Positions 47,876-57,364 of a stretch of DNA of 64,000 nucleotides are shown one piece after another (position 1 is the first letter of the stretch; every line of letters starts with the position of its first letter). The translations under genes and the position numbers were made by a program. The DNA is from an uncultured Gammaproteobacteria bacterium. GTDB lineage: Bacteria; Patescibacteriota; Patescibacteriia; UBA1558; S5-K13. Below the pieces are notes generated by a model. It ran no database searches. It was not told the DNA's origin and worked only from the letters and a program-made list of their open reading frames with translations. The stretch covers positions 177,302-241,301 of the forward strand of contig CAZXFD010000001.1 of NCBI GenBank assembly GCA_964640635.1. Direction: 5' to 3'.

Positions 47876-47995
47876 TTATTAGCAGGTCAGTAGTTTAGTT
47901 GCGTATCTACGTAGCTAAGAAGCTACGAAACTCAATCTATGTAGCTAAGTAACTAATTTTTTGTTATAATATATTTGTTAAATAAAATAGACTTT

Positions 47996-48325
47996 ATGAA
48001 CTTAGATAAATGGAAAGACGTGAAAGCCAATATACTCAGTAATTTTGAAATTACAAATCAATACGAAGAAAAAGATGAGGATTCTCACGGAATAAAAGAA
48101 ACAATAGAATTCAACGGACCTCTTGGAAAAACAAGATTGGTATTTTCTAGCAGAGATTTAATATTAGATAAACATACAAATTATTCAAATAGAATTGGAT
48201 CTGGAGTGTCAGTAGAATATCATTATTCTGATACAGAAAAAACGAATTCTCTTAAAGCATTTAAATTCGTTGATGGAGATTGGCAAGAAATTGAAATGCA
48301 ATTCCAACCATTTATTCAAGATTAG
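47996..48325 (+). CDS. Hypothetical protein
   Basis: Open frame; likely ATG 47996. Confidence 0.75.
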   Translation: MNLDKWKDVKANILSNFEITNQYEEKDEDSHGIKETIEFNGPLGKTRLVFSSRDLILDKHTNYSNRIGSGVSVEYHYSDTEKTNSLKAFKFVDGDWQEIEMQFQPFIQD

Positions 48326-48374
48326 CCCCATCAATTATATTATTATTCAATTAATCAATTAGGCTATTAATTTT

Positions 48375-48728
48375 ATGAGCTTTATAAGCAGAATTTTTAA
48401 AAAAGAATACTCCCATTTTTTCATTTATAAGTGGAGTATTTTTGCAAGCTTTGTCGAAGTTTTACTCATTGTCCTAGCAACATTTTCGATGACAAATTTA
48501 TATACAATTTTGTCTTCATCTGGGTCTATGAGTAATTCTATATACACAATGGTTTTTTCTTTCTATTTAGTATTGTTTGTTATTCTTACCTGTTTCATCG
48601 TTTTTGGAATGCCATTATATTTAATTATCAAAAAAAGAGCATTTTCTACAGCATTTTTAATGTTGCTTATGACTATGGCTTTTATTTTTGTGTTTTTTAC
48701 AGCACTGCTTTTAGTATATTTGATGTAA
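48375..48728 (+). CDS. Membrane protein (3 TM)
   Basis: Hydrophobic helices. Confidence 0.7.
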   Translation: MSFISRIFKKEYSHFFIYKWSIFASFVEVLLIVLATFSMTNLYTILSSSGSMSNSIYTMVFSFYLVLFVILTCFIVFGMPLYLIIKKRAFSTAFLMLLMTMAFIFVFFTALLLVYLM

Positions 48729-48805
48729 TTTTTTAATGAATTATTGTGTGTTTTGTATGTAGTGTGAAAAATTAAAAAAATAAATAATAAATTTAAAACA
48801 AAAAA

Positions 48806-49285
48806 ATGCCAAATAATTCATTTTTTTTAAAGGTTTTTCATCCCCAAGAAGATGAAAAAGCATTTTCGCTGATTATTAAGATAGTAATGATTTGTATTAT
48901 TTTAAGTATTCTGCTTTTAGCTATAATTTTGTATTCAAAGAATTTAGAAGAAGAAAGTCAAATTAATGTTTCAAAAGATACAAAACCCGTTGCGGAAGCA
49001 CAACAAGTAGTAACTATAACTCATGACGAACTCGTGTCTAATTATAAAGAAGGTATGATAAAAGTACTAGATGATTTCGATGGAGATTTTTCAAAGCTTA
49101 AAGATAAAATTCTAAACCTTGATGTTCCAATGGAATTTCAAAAATTGCATTTTACTCTTGCAACATCACTAGATAAGGTTATTTATGAAAACGACAAACA
49201 ATCTGCAAAATCAGAAATAACGGATCTTATTAAAGATAATTCATGGCTTGAGCAAGGACTTAGCAAACTCGCAAACAATTTATAA
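48806..49285 (+). CDS. Membrane-anchored hypothetical protein
   Basis: N-terminal TM, helical external domain. Confidence 0.7.
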   Translation: MPNNSFFLKVFHPQEDEKAFSLIIKIVMICIILSILLLAIILYSKNLEEESQINVSKDTKPVAEAQQVVTITHDELVSNYKEGMIKVLDDFDGDFSKLKDKILNLDVPMEFQKLHFTLATSLDKVIYENDKQSAKSEITDLIKDNSWLEQGLSKLANNL

Positions 49286-49303
49286 TTTTCAAATACAAAA
49301 AGT

Positions 49304-50050
49304 ATGATAATTTACAAAAAGATACTCGGTTTTTTGCTTAGCTTTTTGTCTGGATTTTTTCTTATTTTAATAAATTACAAACCAACTTGGACTTTTTACA
49401 TAATAATTGTTTATGTGTTATTTTTAGCTTTGTATTTTTGGAGAATAAAAAATAGATTTATTAAATATTCAGAATTGTTGGCTTATTTTTTAATGTTTTT
49501 TGTTTTTATTTTTTCAGTGTTTTTATTTTTTATAACTCTAGATAGTCTTTTCATAAAAATTGTTATATCTATTTTTGTTGCTATTTATTCATTTTTTATA
49601 TTTGAGAGTATATTTAAAAGGATTTATGAGAATATAGAAATCAAGCTTCAATTATTTTTGTATGTTGATTTGTTCTGTTTTTTGTTTTTTATATATTTTT
49701 TATTCTATTCTTATACCATAGTAAAGACTAATTTATTTGCTCTAATATCTTATTTGTTAATTTTTTCTTTTATATTGACAAATATGCGTTTTTATTGGAA
49801 TAAAATAAGTATTAAAAGAAATCTTTTGGGAGCCTTGATTATATGTATGGTTCTGATAGAGTTATATTTGGCTACCTTATTTCTCCCATTTAACTTTTAT
49901 TTATCAGGGTTCATAGTGTGGATATGGTATTATTGTCTAGTAGATTTCATTGTTTTAAAGATAAAAGATGAGTTTATCTGGAGAAAAAAGAAGAAAATGG
50001 TATTTCTTGCCATTATTTTATTTATTTTATCAATAATAAGCATAAGATAA
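49304..50050 (+). CDS. Polytopic membrane protein
   Basis: About 9 TM helices; coupled to the next gene (TAATG). Confidence 0.75.
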   Translation: MIIYKKILGFLLSFLSGFFLILINYKPTWTFYIIIVYVLFLALYFWRIKNRFIKYSELLAYFLMFFVFIFSVFLFFITLDSLFIKIVISIFVAIYSFFIFESIFKRIYENIEIKLQLFLYVDLFCFLFFIYFLFYSYTIVKTNLFALISYLLIFSFILTNMRFYWNKISIKRNLLGALIICMVLIELYLATLFLPFNFYLSGFIVWIWYYCLVDFIVLKIKDEFIWRKKKKMVFLAIILFILSIISIR

Positions 50051-51141
50051 TGAAACAAAATCTCAAAAATATAACAATAATAGTCCTTATCGTTTGTTCA
50101 GCTATTTTTGTCATAGTTAGTATTTTCTATGGAATTCAGATGAGAAAAATTTTATCCCAATATCAAGAATCTGTTGATGCAAAAAGAATCAATTTTGTAA
50201 ATGAAGAGAATAAAAATCAAAATCCAAAGAACATAAATGCAAAGTTGTTAGATAGTCTAAATAATCAAATCTGGACACTTGCAAGAGCCAAAACTAGTAA
50301 ATCAAAAGAAGTATTAGATCAAGCATATTTTAATGAAAATTTTATAGGTTGGGTTGTCGTTGCAACAAATGATGGTTGGTTTATGACAAATAGTCCACTT
50401 AGTGATTATAAGAATTTAGTTGTAATAAGTAATAAAAATGAAATTATAAATATTGAAAGTGTTTATAAAGATCCAATTTTAAATATTTATTATTTGAAAG
50501 CGAATAAAAATGGATTGGAGCCAATTGCATTTGCAGATCCAGATGATATAAATGTGGGTCAAGACGCATATCTCATTAAACCTAATTTATACAATTATCA
50601 AAACGAGACGTTGTTTAATTCAGTGAGAAATCTTCATTCAAGATTCATAAATAACAAACTAGATCTAGTCCACAAACCAGACGATTTTATCTTATATGGA
50701 CTTCTAAATAGTTATAATGATGAAAATTTGCCTATTGTAAATAGTGAGGCACAGCTTATGGGCTTTTCTATAAATAAGAACAATCAAAGCTATTTTGTTC
50801 CAAGTAGATACATAAGGTATTCAATAAAGAGCTTTTTTGCAAACAACAACAAGGTTATTTATCCAAGCACAGGAATTTCTTATATAGATTTGAGCGAAGT
50901 TGTTCTAAGGGATCAAAATTTACCAAAGAAAGGTGCTTATGTTTATTCAGTCACCAAACCTAGCGAATTTCAAAAAGGGGATGTTATTACTTATATTGGC
51001 GGAGATGAAATCAATGAAATAAGGCAGTTAAATACAATTTTACTTGATTATGGTCCAGGATCTAAGGTTTCTGCTACATTTATCAGAGATGGCAAGGAAC
51101 AAAAAGTAGACATAACATTAGGACAATCGCTTATTAAATAA
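50050..51141 (+). CDS. HtrA-like trypsin-fold plus PDZ protein, catalytic residues apparently lost
   Basis: 'VATNDGWFMTN', 'GDVIT.IGG', 'RDGKEQKVDITLG'; no TNxH and no GNSGG. Confidence 0.75.
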   Translation: MKQNLKNITIIVLIVCSAIFVIVSIFYGIQMRKILSQYQESVDAKRINFVNEENKNQNPKNINAKLLDSLNNQIWTLARAKTSKSKEVLDQAYFNENFIGWVVVATNDGWFMTNSPLSDYKNLVVISNKNEIINIESVYKDPILNIYYLKANKNGLEPIAFADPDDINVGQDAYLIKPNLYNYQNETLFNSVRNLHSRFINNKLDLVHKPDDFILYGLLNSYNDENLPIVNSEAQLMGFSINKNNQSYFVPSRYIRYSIKSFFANNNKVIYPSTGISYIDLSEVVLRDQNLPKKGAYVYSVTKPSEFQKGDVITYIGGDEINEIRQLNTILLDYGPGSKVSATFIRDGKEQKVDITLGQSLIK

Positions 51142-51147
51142 AAATTA

Positions 51148-51720
51148 ATGAATAGATTAAAAATAGAAAAATTAGCACTCTATAAGATTAAGGCTGGGCA
51201 ACTAGATGCTTTCGCAGATCTTTATGATTTATATTATAAGCAAATTTATAGATATATTTATTTCAAAGTTCCCACAAAAGAAAAGGCAGAAGATCTTACA
51301 AGTGATACTTTTTTAAAATGTTGGGAATATATCAACAAGCACGAAAACGCTATAAAGAATTTTCAAGCCTTTATCTATCAGGTAGCTAGAAATCTTATAG
51401 CAGATTTTTACAAAAAGCCCAAGGAAAACCAGCTTCCTATTTTTGATGAAAAAGACGAAGCAATACAAATAGAGGACACAGATTTTACCCAAAACCTAGA
51501 ATTATTGTCAGATTGGCAAATTTTAGAAAAATCACTGCGAGTATTAGGCAAAATCAATGGAAAATGGCAAGAAGTAGTACTTCTTAAACATATTGAAGGA
51601 TTTTCAATAAATGAAATTGCCAACTTATTAAATGAATCAAAGTCAAATGTGAAAGTCTTAATTCATAGAGGTATGGAAAAACTCAAAGAAATAGCCAATA
51701 AAGACATCAAAGAAGATTAA
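51148..51720 (+). CDS. ECF RNA polymerase sigma factor
   Basis: AEDLTSDTFLK.W, FIYQVARN, EGFSINEIA..VKVLIHRG. Confidence 0.93.
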   Translation: MNRLKIEKLALYKIKAGQLDAFADLYDLYYKQIYRYIYFKVPTKEKAEDLTSDTFLKCWEYINKHENAIKNFQAFIYQVARNLIADFYKKPKENQLPIFDEKDEAIQIEDTDFTQNLELLSDWQILEKSLRVLGKINGKWQEVVLLKHIEGFSINEIANLLNESKSNVKVLIHRGMEKLKEIANKDIKED

Positions 51721-51748
51721 AACCGCCAATACAGATTGACGGTTTTTT
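51719..51748 (+). terminator. Terminator after the ECF sigma gene
   Basis: AACCGCCAAT..ATTGACGGTTTTTT. Confidence 0.75.
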
Positions 51749-51755
51749 GTTTAAT

Positions 51756-51796
51756 AAAAAAAATCAGGGGCGATCGCTTTTGCGCAACTGCCCCTA
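51756..51796 (-). terminator. Terminator of the lipoprotein cassette
   Basis: AGGGGC..GCCCCT with a T-run on the minus strand. Confidence 0.65.
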
Positions 51797-51803
51797 TTTG
51801 TGT

Positions 51804-52157
51804 TTATAGTTTCTTTATCCGACTCCAACGGGTGTCGGAACCAGAAGTTTTCGTGTTATAAGTTACAACGTTTTCTCCCGAAGATGATAACATTGCTTCA
51901 GTAAGATTGATCTTTGTCACAATGGCATCTGTGGGTATTTCTACCCTATAGCTATCACCTTCATAGCTGAAAGTAATAACCGCAGCGCCGGTTTGGATTT
52001 CTCGGCCGGAGCCTATTGATACTGAGAAAAGCCCTTCTACAAAGGTGTAATCACCATTTACAGATGAACCATCTATTATAACACTTGTTTCTTGCTTGCC
52101 ACAGGCAGATATGCACAGTAGCGCTGCTAATGAGATTATTATTAATATACCTTTCAT
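51804..52157 (-). CDS. Orphan lipoprotein (cassette gene)
   Basis: SD AAGGAGG, promoter TTGACA-17-TATAGT, lipobox ISAC. Confidence 0.75.
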   Translation of the reverse strand: MKGILIIISLAALLCISACGKQETSVIIDGSSVNGDYTFVEGLFSVSIGSGREIQTGAAVITFSYEGDSYRVEIPTDAIVTKINLTEAMLSSSGENVVTYNTKTSGSDTRWSRIKKL

Positions 52158-52221
52158 TTTATCCTCCTTATTGGATATATTTATACTATAGCATATCTTA
52201 ATATAAATGTCAAATAATATA

Positions 52222-52258
52222 CCAACCCGGGGTTGACTATTCGGCAACCCCGGGTTGG
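52222..52258. repeat. REP-like 14-bp inverted repeat
   Basis: CCAACCCGGGGTTG-N9-CAACCCCGGGTTGG. Confidence 0.8.
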
Positions 52259-52268
52259 GGTTTCAAGG

Positions 52269-52296
52269 TGTAACCTTTTCCCATTAAACCCGTCTT
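52269..52296 (+). promoter_or_regulatory. ECF-type promoter
   Basis: TGTAAC-N16-CGTC upstream of the putative anti-sigma gene. Confidence 0.65.
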
Positions 52297-52361
52297 ACTA
52301 TATAGAGAAACATATCTCTACAAAACAAAAACAAAAAAATAAGCCTAAAAACAACAATATT

Positions 52362-53435
52362 ATGAAAGACACTGACATATTAAAAAATTTAAAAGACTTC
52401 AAAGACATAGAGCCGGATGAAAAGTGGTACCACGTCAACCGCTCTATTTTGTTAAACATTATAGATCGTGATTCTGTAACAAAGGAATCGTTTAGCCTAA
52501 AGAGAGTATTTTTTGGGTTTTTGCTTGTATTTAGAAACATGATGCCAAACTGGAAAGTAGCTCTATCAAGCTTTGTAGCAATAGTAATGGTCGGTGGTAG
52601 CGTATTTGGAGCAAGCGCATCTATTCCAGGACAAGCACTTTACCCAGTAAAGCTTGCTACAGAAAAAATTGAAATCAGTCTTGCAAAGGACGAAGTATCA
52701 GAAACCAATATTAGACTCAAGCATATTGATAATAGAATAGCAGAAATTAACAAACTTTCTTCAGATGAGGCTCAAAAGCACATAGAAAGCATTACAGCAA
52801 ATATTACCGAAAATCTAAACAATGTTCAAAACTCACTCAAAACAATAGAAAAAAGTGATTCTGTCAACAATAAAGACATTGTTAAGCTAGCTCAACTAGT
52901 CGACGAGAAAACAATCAATGCTACAAAAGCAATAAAAGGAATTAGTTCTGACTCTGTTTCAGCTACCGAAATTGCAACGCTAGGAAATCAAGTTAGCCAA
53001 AAAGCTCTTGAAGTCATCATAGATAAGACTGGTGAGGAATCAAAAGAAGTCATTGAAAACAGTCTAAACAACAAAATTCAATTACAAGAAGAAAGAGCAA
53101 CTGCTGTTACAGCAAAGATAAATGAAGTTACAAAAGCAGATGATTCTAAGGTAATTGTTAAATCTACAAGTACAGACCCAAATATTGAATTTAATATAGA
53201 TCAATTAAAGAAAATAGATCCAACGGAAATTGACAAATATTTGAAATCAGCAAAAGAGCTTATATCCCTCGGTAATTACAAAGGAGCTCTTATAGAACTA
53301 GAAAAAGCACAATTTTCTCTAGACTTATCAGATAAAGCACTAGATTCTGTTATAAAAGATGGATATAAAAAAGATATTGAAAATATAGAAAAAAATATAA
53401 AAGAAATAGAAAACAAAGACACCTTGAAAAATTAA
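52362..53435 (+). CDS. Putative anti-sigma factor (DUF5667-like)
   Basis: N-terminal cytoplasmic part, TM, 'SIPGQALYPVKLATEKI', coiled coil; likely start 52362. Confidence 0.72.
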   Translation: MKDTDILKNLKDFKDIEPDEKWYHVNRSILLNIIDRDSVTKESFSLKRVFFGFLLVFRNMMPNWKVALSSFVAIVMVGGSVFGASASIPGQALYPVKLATEKIEISLAKDEVSETNIRLKHIDNRIAEINKLSSDEAQKHIESITANITENLNNVQNSLKTIEKSDSVNNKDIVKLAQLVDEKTINATKAIKGISSDSVSATEIATLGNQVSQKALEVIIDKTGEESKEVIENSLNNKIQLQEERATAVTAKINEVTKADDSKVIVKSTSTDPNIEFNIDQLKKIDPTEIDKYLKSAKELISLGNYKGALIELEKAQFSLDLSDKALDSVIKDGYKKDIENIEKNIKEIENKDTLKN

Positions 53436-53484
53436 TTTAATTTAAATAAGATATCAAAATTTATCTTGATTTGTGGAAGCTTTA

Positions 53485-53722
53485 TTATTGTAGATTGTGT
53501 TAAGGGCCTATAATATAGACATTTAGCACAATCTATAATGACATTGCGCGAGCAAGTCAGGATGGATTTCTCTCGCACCTTATTAAGAGGTGGGGGGATA
53601 AGTTCTCTATTACGGGTTGTGTTTTATCTTATTGGCCCATTGGTCCTGGTTGATAGCAAGATCGATGCCGCAAGGCAATCACCTCGAGTCAATGAATAAA
53701 GGTAATAAGACAAAGGCAATTT
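53485..53722 (+). ncRNA. Structured 5' leader RNA (unnamed)
   Basis: 19-bp stem with 3 G-U pairs, long nested stem, GCC-GCAA-GGC GNRA hairpin. Confidence 0.65.
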
Positions 53723-53755
53723 AAGTAATATTGAATTATAAAAAGGAAAAAAAAT

Positions 53756-56700
53756 ATGAATTTAATTAAAAAATTATTTGTTTATGCCGTTGTATTTTCA
53801 ATGGTATTGACAATGGCTTTGCCAGCAGGTATCGCTGTTGCTTCTACAAGTTTAGTAGCAGGCGATTTGATTAAGGCAAACAATTCTGCTGCTGTATATT
53901 ATTACAACGGTTCAGAAAGATTTGCTTTTCCAAACGCAACAACATACTTTAGTTGGTATCAAGACTTCAGCACTGTAAAAACAATTACACCTGAAGAACT
54001 ATCTGCCGTTACATATAATGGTAAGTTAGTAACAGTAAGACCTGGAACACAATTGGTAAAGATTCAATCTGATCCAAAAGTTTATGCAGTAGAACCAGGT
54101 GGAAAATTAAGATCAATTCCTTCAGAGGCTGTAGCAGCATCTTTGTTTGGAATTAATTGGGGTAGATTGGTAGTAGATGTATCAGACGCTTTTTGGTTCT
54201 GGTATGATAGAACAAACACAACTCCACTATCAACAGTTCATCCAACAGGATCTTTAGTAAAATATGCAAATTCAAACAATGTTTATTATATTGATGGAAC
54301 ATCAAAGAGATTAGTAACAACAGCAGGATTTACAGCAAACAAATTCGACAATGATTTTGTACTTGTAATCCCTGATACAGTTACTTATACAGATGGAACA
54401 CAAGTTACAGGAGCAGAAGCTGGTTTATTCCCTATTACTAGCGGAACAACAACAGCTCCAGCAACATTAGGAGCTTTGACTTTCGCTATGTCTGCATCAA
54501 ATCCAGTTTCAGCAACAATTATTTCTGATGATGCAAGTTCAGCTCAAGCAATGATTCCATTTATTGCTGTAAATCTTACAGCTTCATCAGCAGGTAGTGT
54601 AAAAGTTTCAAAGATGATGTTTGAAAGAACTGGTATCTCTTCAGATACAGATCTTGCAAATCTTTATTTATTTGATGGAGTAACAAAACTTACAGATTCT
54701 GGATCAATATCAAACAAGATAGTAACTTTCAATGATAATGATACAGAGGGAATTATTACAATTCCTGCAGGAACAACAAAAACAATCATGCTAAAAGGTG
54801 ATTTAACCGTTCCTACATCTGCTTCAAAGCAAATTGGATTTAATTTGACAAATGTTACATCAAACGCAGCTTCAACAGCTGGATCATATCCAGTAGTTGG
54901 AAATCTTATGGTAACAGCTCAAGCAACAGATTTGGGTTATGCTACTATTGAATCATTACCTATTCCAACTGCAGCTTCAACAGATGTAAATTCAAATGAA
55001 AAAGATTTCGAAGCATTCAAAGTAACATTCCAAACAGTTAATCAAGACATGCAACTCGAAGGTTTGAGACTTACTCAAGTTGGTAGCGTTTCAAATGGAG
55101 ATCTTGCAAACTTTAGATTAATGGTTGGTGGAACAACTCTTGCAACTGCAGAGTTGAATGGTAACAATGAATTGTATTTTGATCTTTCAGCAAATCCTTA
55201 TGTTATTACAAAAGGAAATTCAAAGACGTTCTCATTGTTAGTTGACGTTGTAAAAGGTTCTACAAGAACATTTTATTTCGCAATTCAAAATGCATCTGAT
55301 ATTTTGATGAAAGATAAAGGATATAATGTTTATACTCAAACATTTGACACCGGTACAACATGGACAGCATATAAAGATGCTGACGGTTATTATGAAGTAT
55401 TAGCAGGTACCCTTTCAACAACAAAAGATAACACATCTCCATCAGGAACAGCTGTAGTAAATGCAACTAATGTTAAATTAGGAACATTTAAATTCGAAGC
55501 ATCTGGAGAAGATGTAAAAGTAAAGAGCTTGGATCTTAAAATTGCTTCAACAGGAGCAACAGCAGATTCTGGTATTCAAAATGTAAAGATTTATTATGAT
55601 GGTGTACAAGTTGGTAATACAAAAAATCTTACAACAAGTACAACAGCAGTAAATTTCTCATTTGGATCAAGTATGGTATTGCCAGCTGGAACACCAAAAT
55701 TAGTTGATATCTATGCTGATACAAAGAAAGCAGACGGTACAACTCTTACAGATGGTGGAAACATTCAAATTAAGATTATTGCAGGATCAGATGCTCAAGG
55801 AGTAGTTTCCCTTTCAACTGTTAGCGTAGGCGCAGTAGATGGAAATTCTTTAACATTGTCAACATCTGCTCTATCAATGGCAAAATATGCTTCATTCGGT
55901 GATAACTACCTAACATCTCCTGCATCAGCTGCTAAAATTGGTTCTTTCACAATGACAGCTGGAGCAACAGAAGGTATTACCATTGACAATATTTATGTTA
56001 GTGGTGTTACTTCAGGAGTATTATCAAATTTGACATTGAAAAATGGAACAACAATTTTAGCTACAAAAGCAACTCTTCCATCAAGTGGTACAACTACTAT
56101 TGGAATGGGAGCAAATTTGTCTCTAAATGCTGGTGAAAGTAAAGTTATTGATATTTATGCTGATGTAAAATCAGGTATAACTTCATATAGCCTTACCTCA
56201 GTAGTAGCAGCTGATGGAACAACAAAGGTTACAAATACATCAGCAGTTTCAACAGGTGCAACACTTCAAACAATGGGTATTGCAGCTGGTTCTATTTCAG
56301 TAGCAAATGGTTCAGCAAAACCAGATGCTGATATAGTAATTGGTGGAATGACAACTCTTGTAAACTCAGTTGAGTTCACTGCTCTTAACGAAGCAATGAG
56401 AGTTACAAACTTGCAAATTACTTCAGCTGGAACAGCTGGATCTGTTGCAGCAGTAATACTTGAATATCCAAAAGAAGATGGTACAACAGGTACTGCTACT
56501 GGATATATTAGTGGAACTACAGCAACATTTAATAATTTAGCAATGTATGTTCCAAAGAATGGAACAGCAGTGTTAAGTATTAAAGCTCAGGTTTCATCAG
56601 TAACACAATCTGCAGCAAATATATCAGGGTATGGAGTTAAATTAAGTATTGCAAGCTTGACATCAAACACAGATCCATCATTATTCAGTGCAGTTGGTCT

Positions 56701-57322
56701 TACATCAGGAACAACTCTTTATGCATTGGGTGGTGGTGCTATGACAGGAAACACAATGATCTTAAGAGCTACAAGACCTACAATTACTCTACTTGCTCTT
56801 CCTACAACAACTCTTACAAATGGAACTCAAGTAATATCTAAATTCAAGATTGCAGCTGATGCCACAAATGATATATCATGGGGTAGAATTGAATTTACTT
56901 ATGTAACTTCAACAAATACTTCAATTGATAATACCACAATCAATTTGTATAGAGATGGTAGTGCAACAGGAATATTATCTACTGCAACTAGCTTAGATAA
57001 AGTAAACAAGAGAATTGTAATTACCGCTCCAACTGAACAAACAATTACTAAGGGAACATATGCAACATATGAACTTAAGGGTGATATTTCAGGAACAGGA
57101 ACAGGAGAATCATTCTCAACAAGAATTGGCGGAGGTACTGTAACAGCAGCATCAACACCTACAACTGGTACTTATGCAAACATAGCTACAGCTGAATTGA
57201 GATTTGTATGGTCTGATAGATCAGCAGCTCCTCATACAGCACTTACATCATCTGACTGGTGTGATTCAAACTATGTTAAATCATTACCAACAGATTCTCA
57301 AACATTAAGCACAACATACTAA
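53756..57322 (+). CDS. Large secreted S-layer-like surface protein
   Basis: Signal peptide; repeated 'G.L(I/V)K....VYY' N-terminal module; Thr/Ser/Gly-rich beta repeats; strong codon bias; own terminator. Confidence 0.75.
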   Translation: MNLIKKLFVYAVVFSMVLTMALPAGIAVASTSLVAGDLIKANNSAAVYYYNGSERFAFPNATTYFSWYQDFSTVKTITPEELSAVTYNGKLVTVRPGTQLVKIQSDPKVYAVEPGGKLRSIPSEAVAASLFGINWGRLVVDVSDAFWFWYDRTNTTPLSTVHPTGSLVKYANSNNVYYIDGTSKRLVTTAGFTANKFDNDFVLVIPDTVTYTDGTQVTGAEAGLFPITSGTTTAPATLGALTFAMSASNPVSATIISDDASSAQAMIPFIAVNLTASSAGSVKVSKMMFERTGISSDTDLANLYLFDGVTKLTDSGSISNKIVTFNDNDTEGIITIPAGTTKTIMLKGDLTVPTSASKQIGFNLTNVTSNAASTAGSYPVVGNLMVTAQATDLGYATIESLPIPTAASTDVNSNEKDFEAFKVTFQTVNQDMQLEGLRLTQVGSVSNGDLANFRLMVGGTTLATAELNGNNELYFDLSANPYVITKGNSKTFSLLVDVVKGSTRTFYFAIQNASDILMKDKGYNVYTQTFDTGTTWTAYKDADGYYEVLAGTLSTTKDNTSPSGTAVVNATNVKLGTFKFEASGEDVKVKSLDLKIASTGATADSGIQNVKIYYDGVQVGNTKNLTTSTTAVNFSFGSSMVLPAGTPKLVDIYADTKKADGTTLTDGGNIQIKIIAGSDAQGVVSLSTVSVGAVDGNSLTLSTSALSMAKYASFGDNYLTSPASAAKIGSFTMTAGATEGITIDNIYVSGVTSGVLSNLTLKNGTTILATKATLPSSGTTTIGMGANLSLNAGESKVIDIYADVKSGITSYSLTSVVAADGTTKVTNTSAVSTGATLQTMGIAAGSISVANGSAKPDADIVIGGMTTLVNSVEFTALNEAMRVTNLQITSAGTAGSVAAVILEYPKEDGTTGTATGYISGTTATFNNLAMYVPKNGTAVLSIKAQVSSVTQSAANISGYGVKLSIASLTSNTDPSLFSAVGLTSGTTLYALGGGAMTGNTMILRATRPTITLLALPTTTLTNGTQVISKFKIAADATNDISWGRIEFTYVTSTNTSIDNTTINLYRDGSATGILSTATSLDKVNKRIVITAPTEQTITKGTYATYELKGDISGTGTGESFSTRIGGGTVTAASTPTTGTYANIATAELRFVWSDRSAAPHTALTSSDWCDSNYVKSLPTDSQTLSTTY

Positions 57323-57364
57323 TTAATTAGTTATTGACTTAGTGAAAAAGATTTAGTTCTTTTT

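Noticed and set aside
52233-52361. N-terminal extensions containing 'QPRVG' on both strands
   Set aside because: Artefact of the inverted repeat at 52222-52258; better starts are 52157 (minus) and 52362 (plus).
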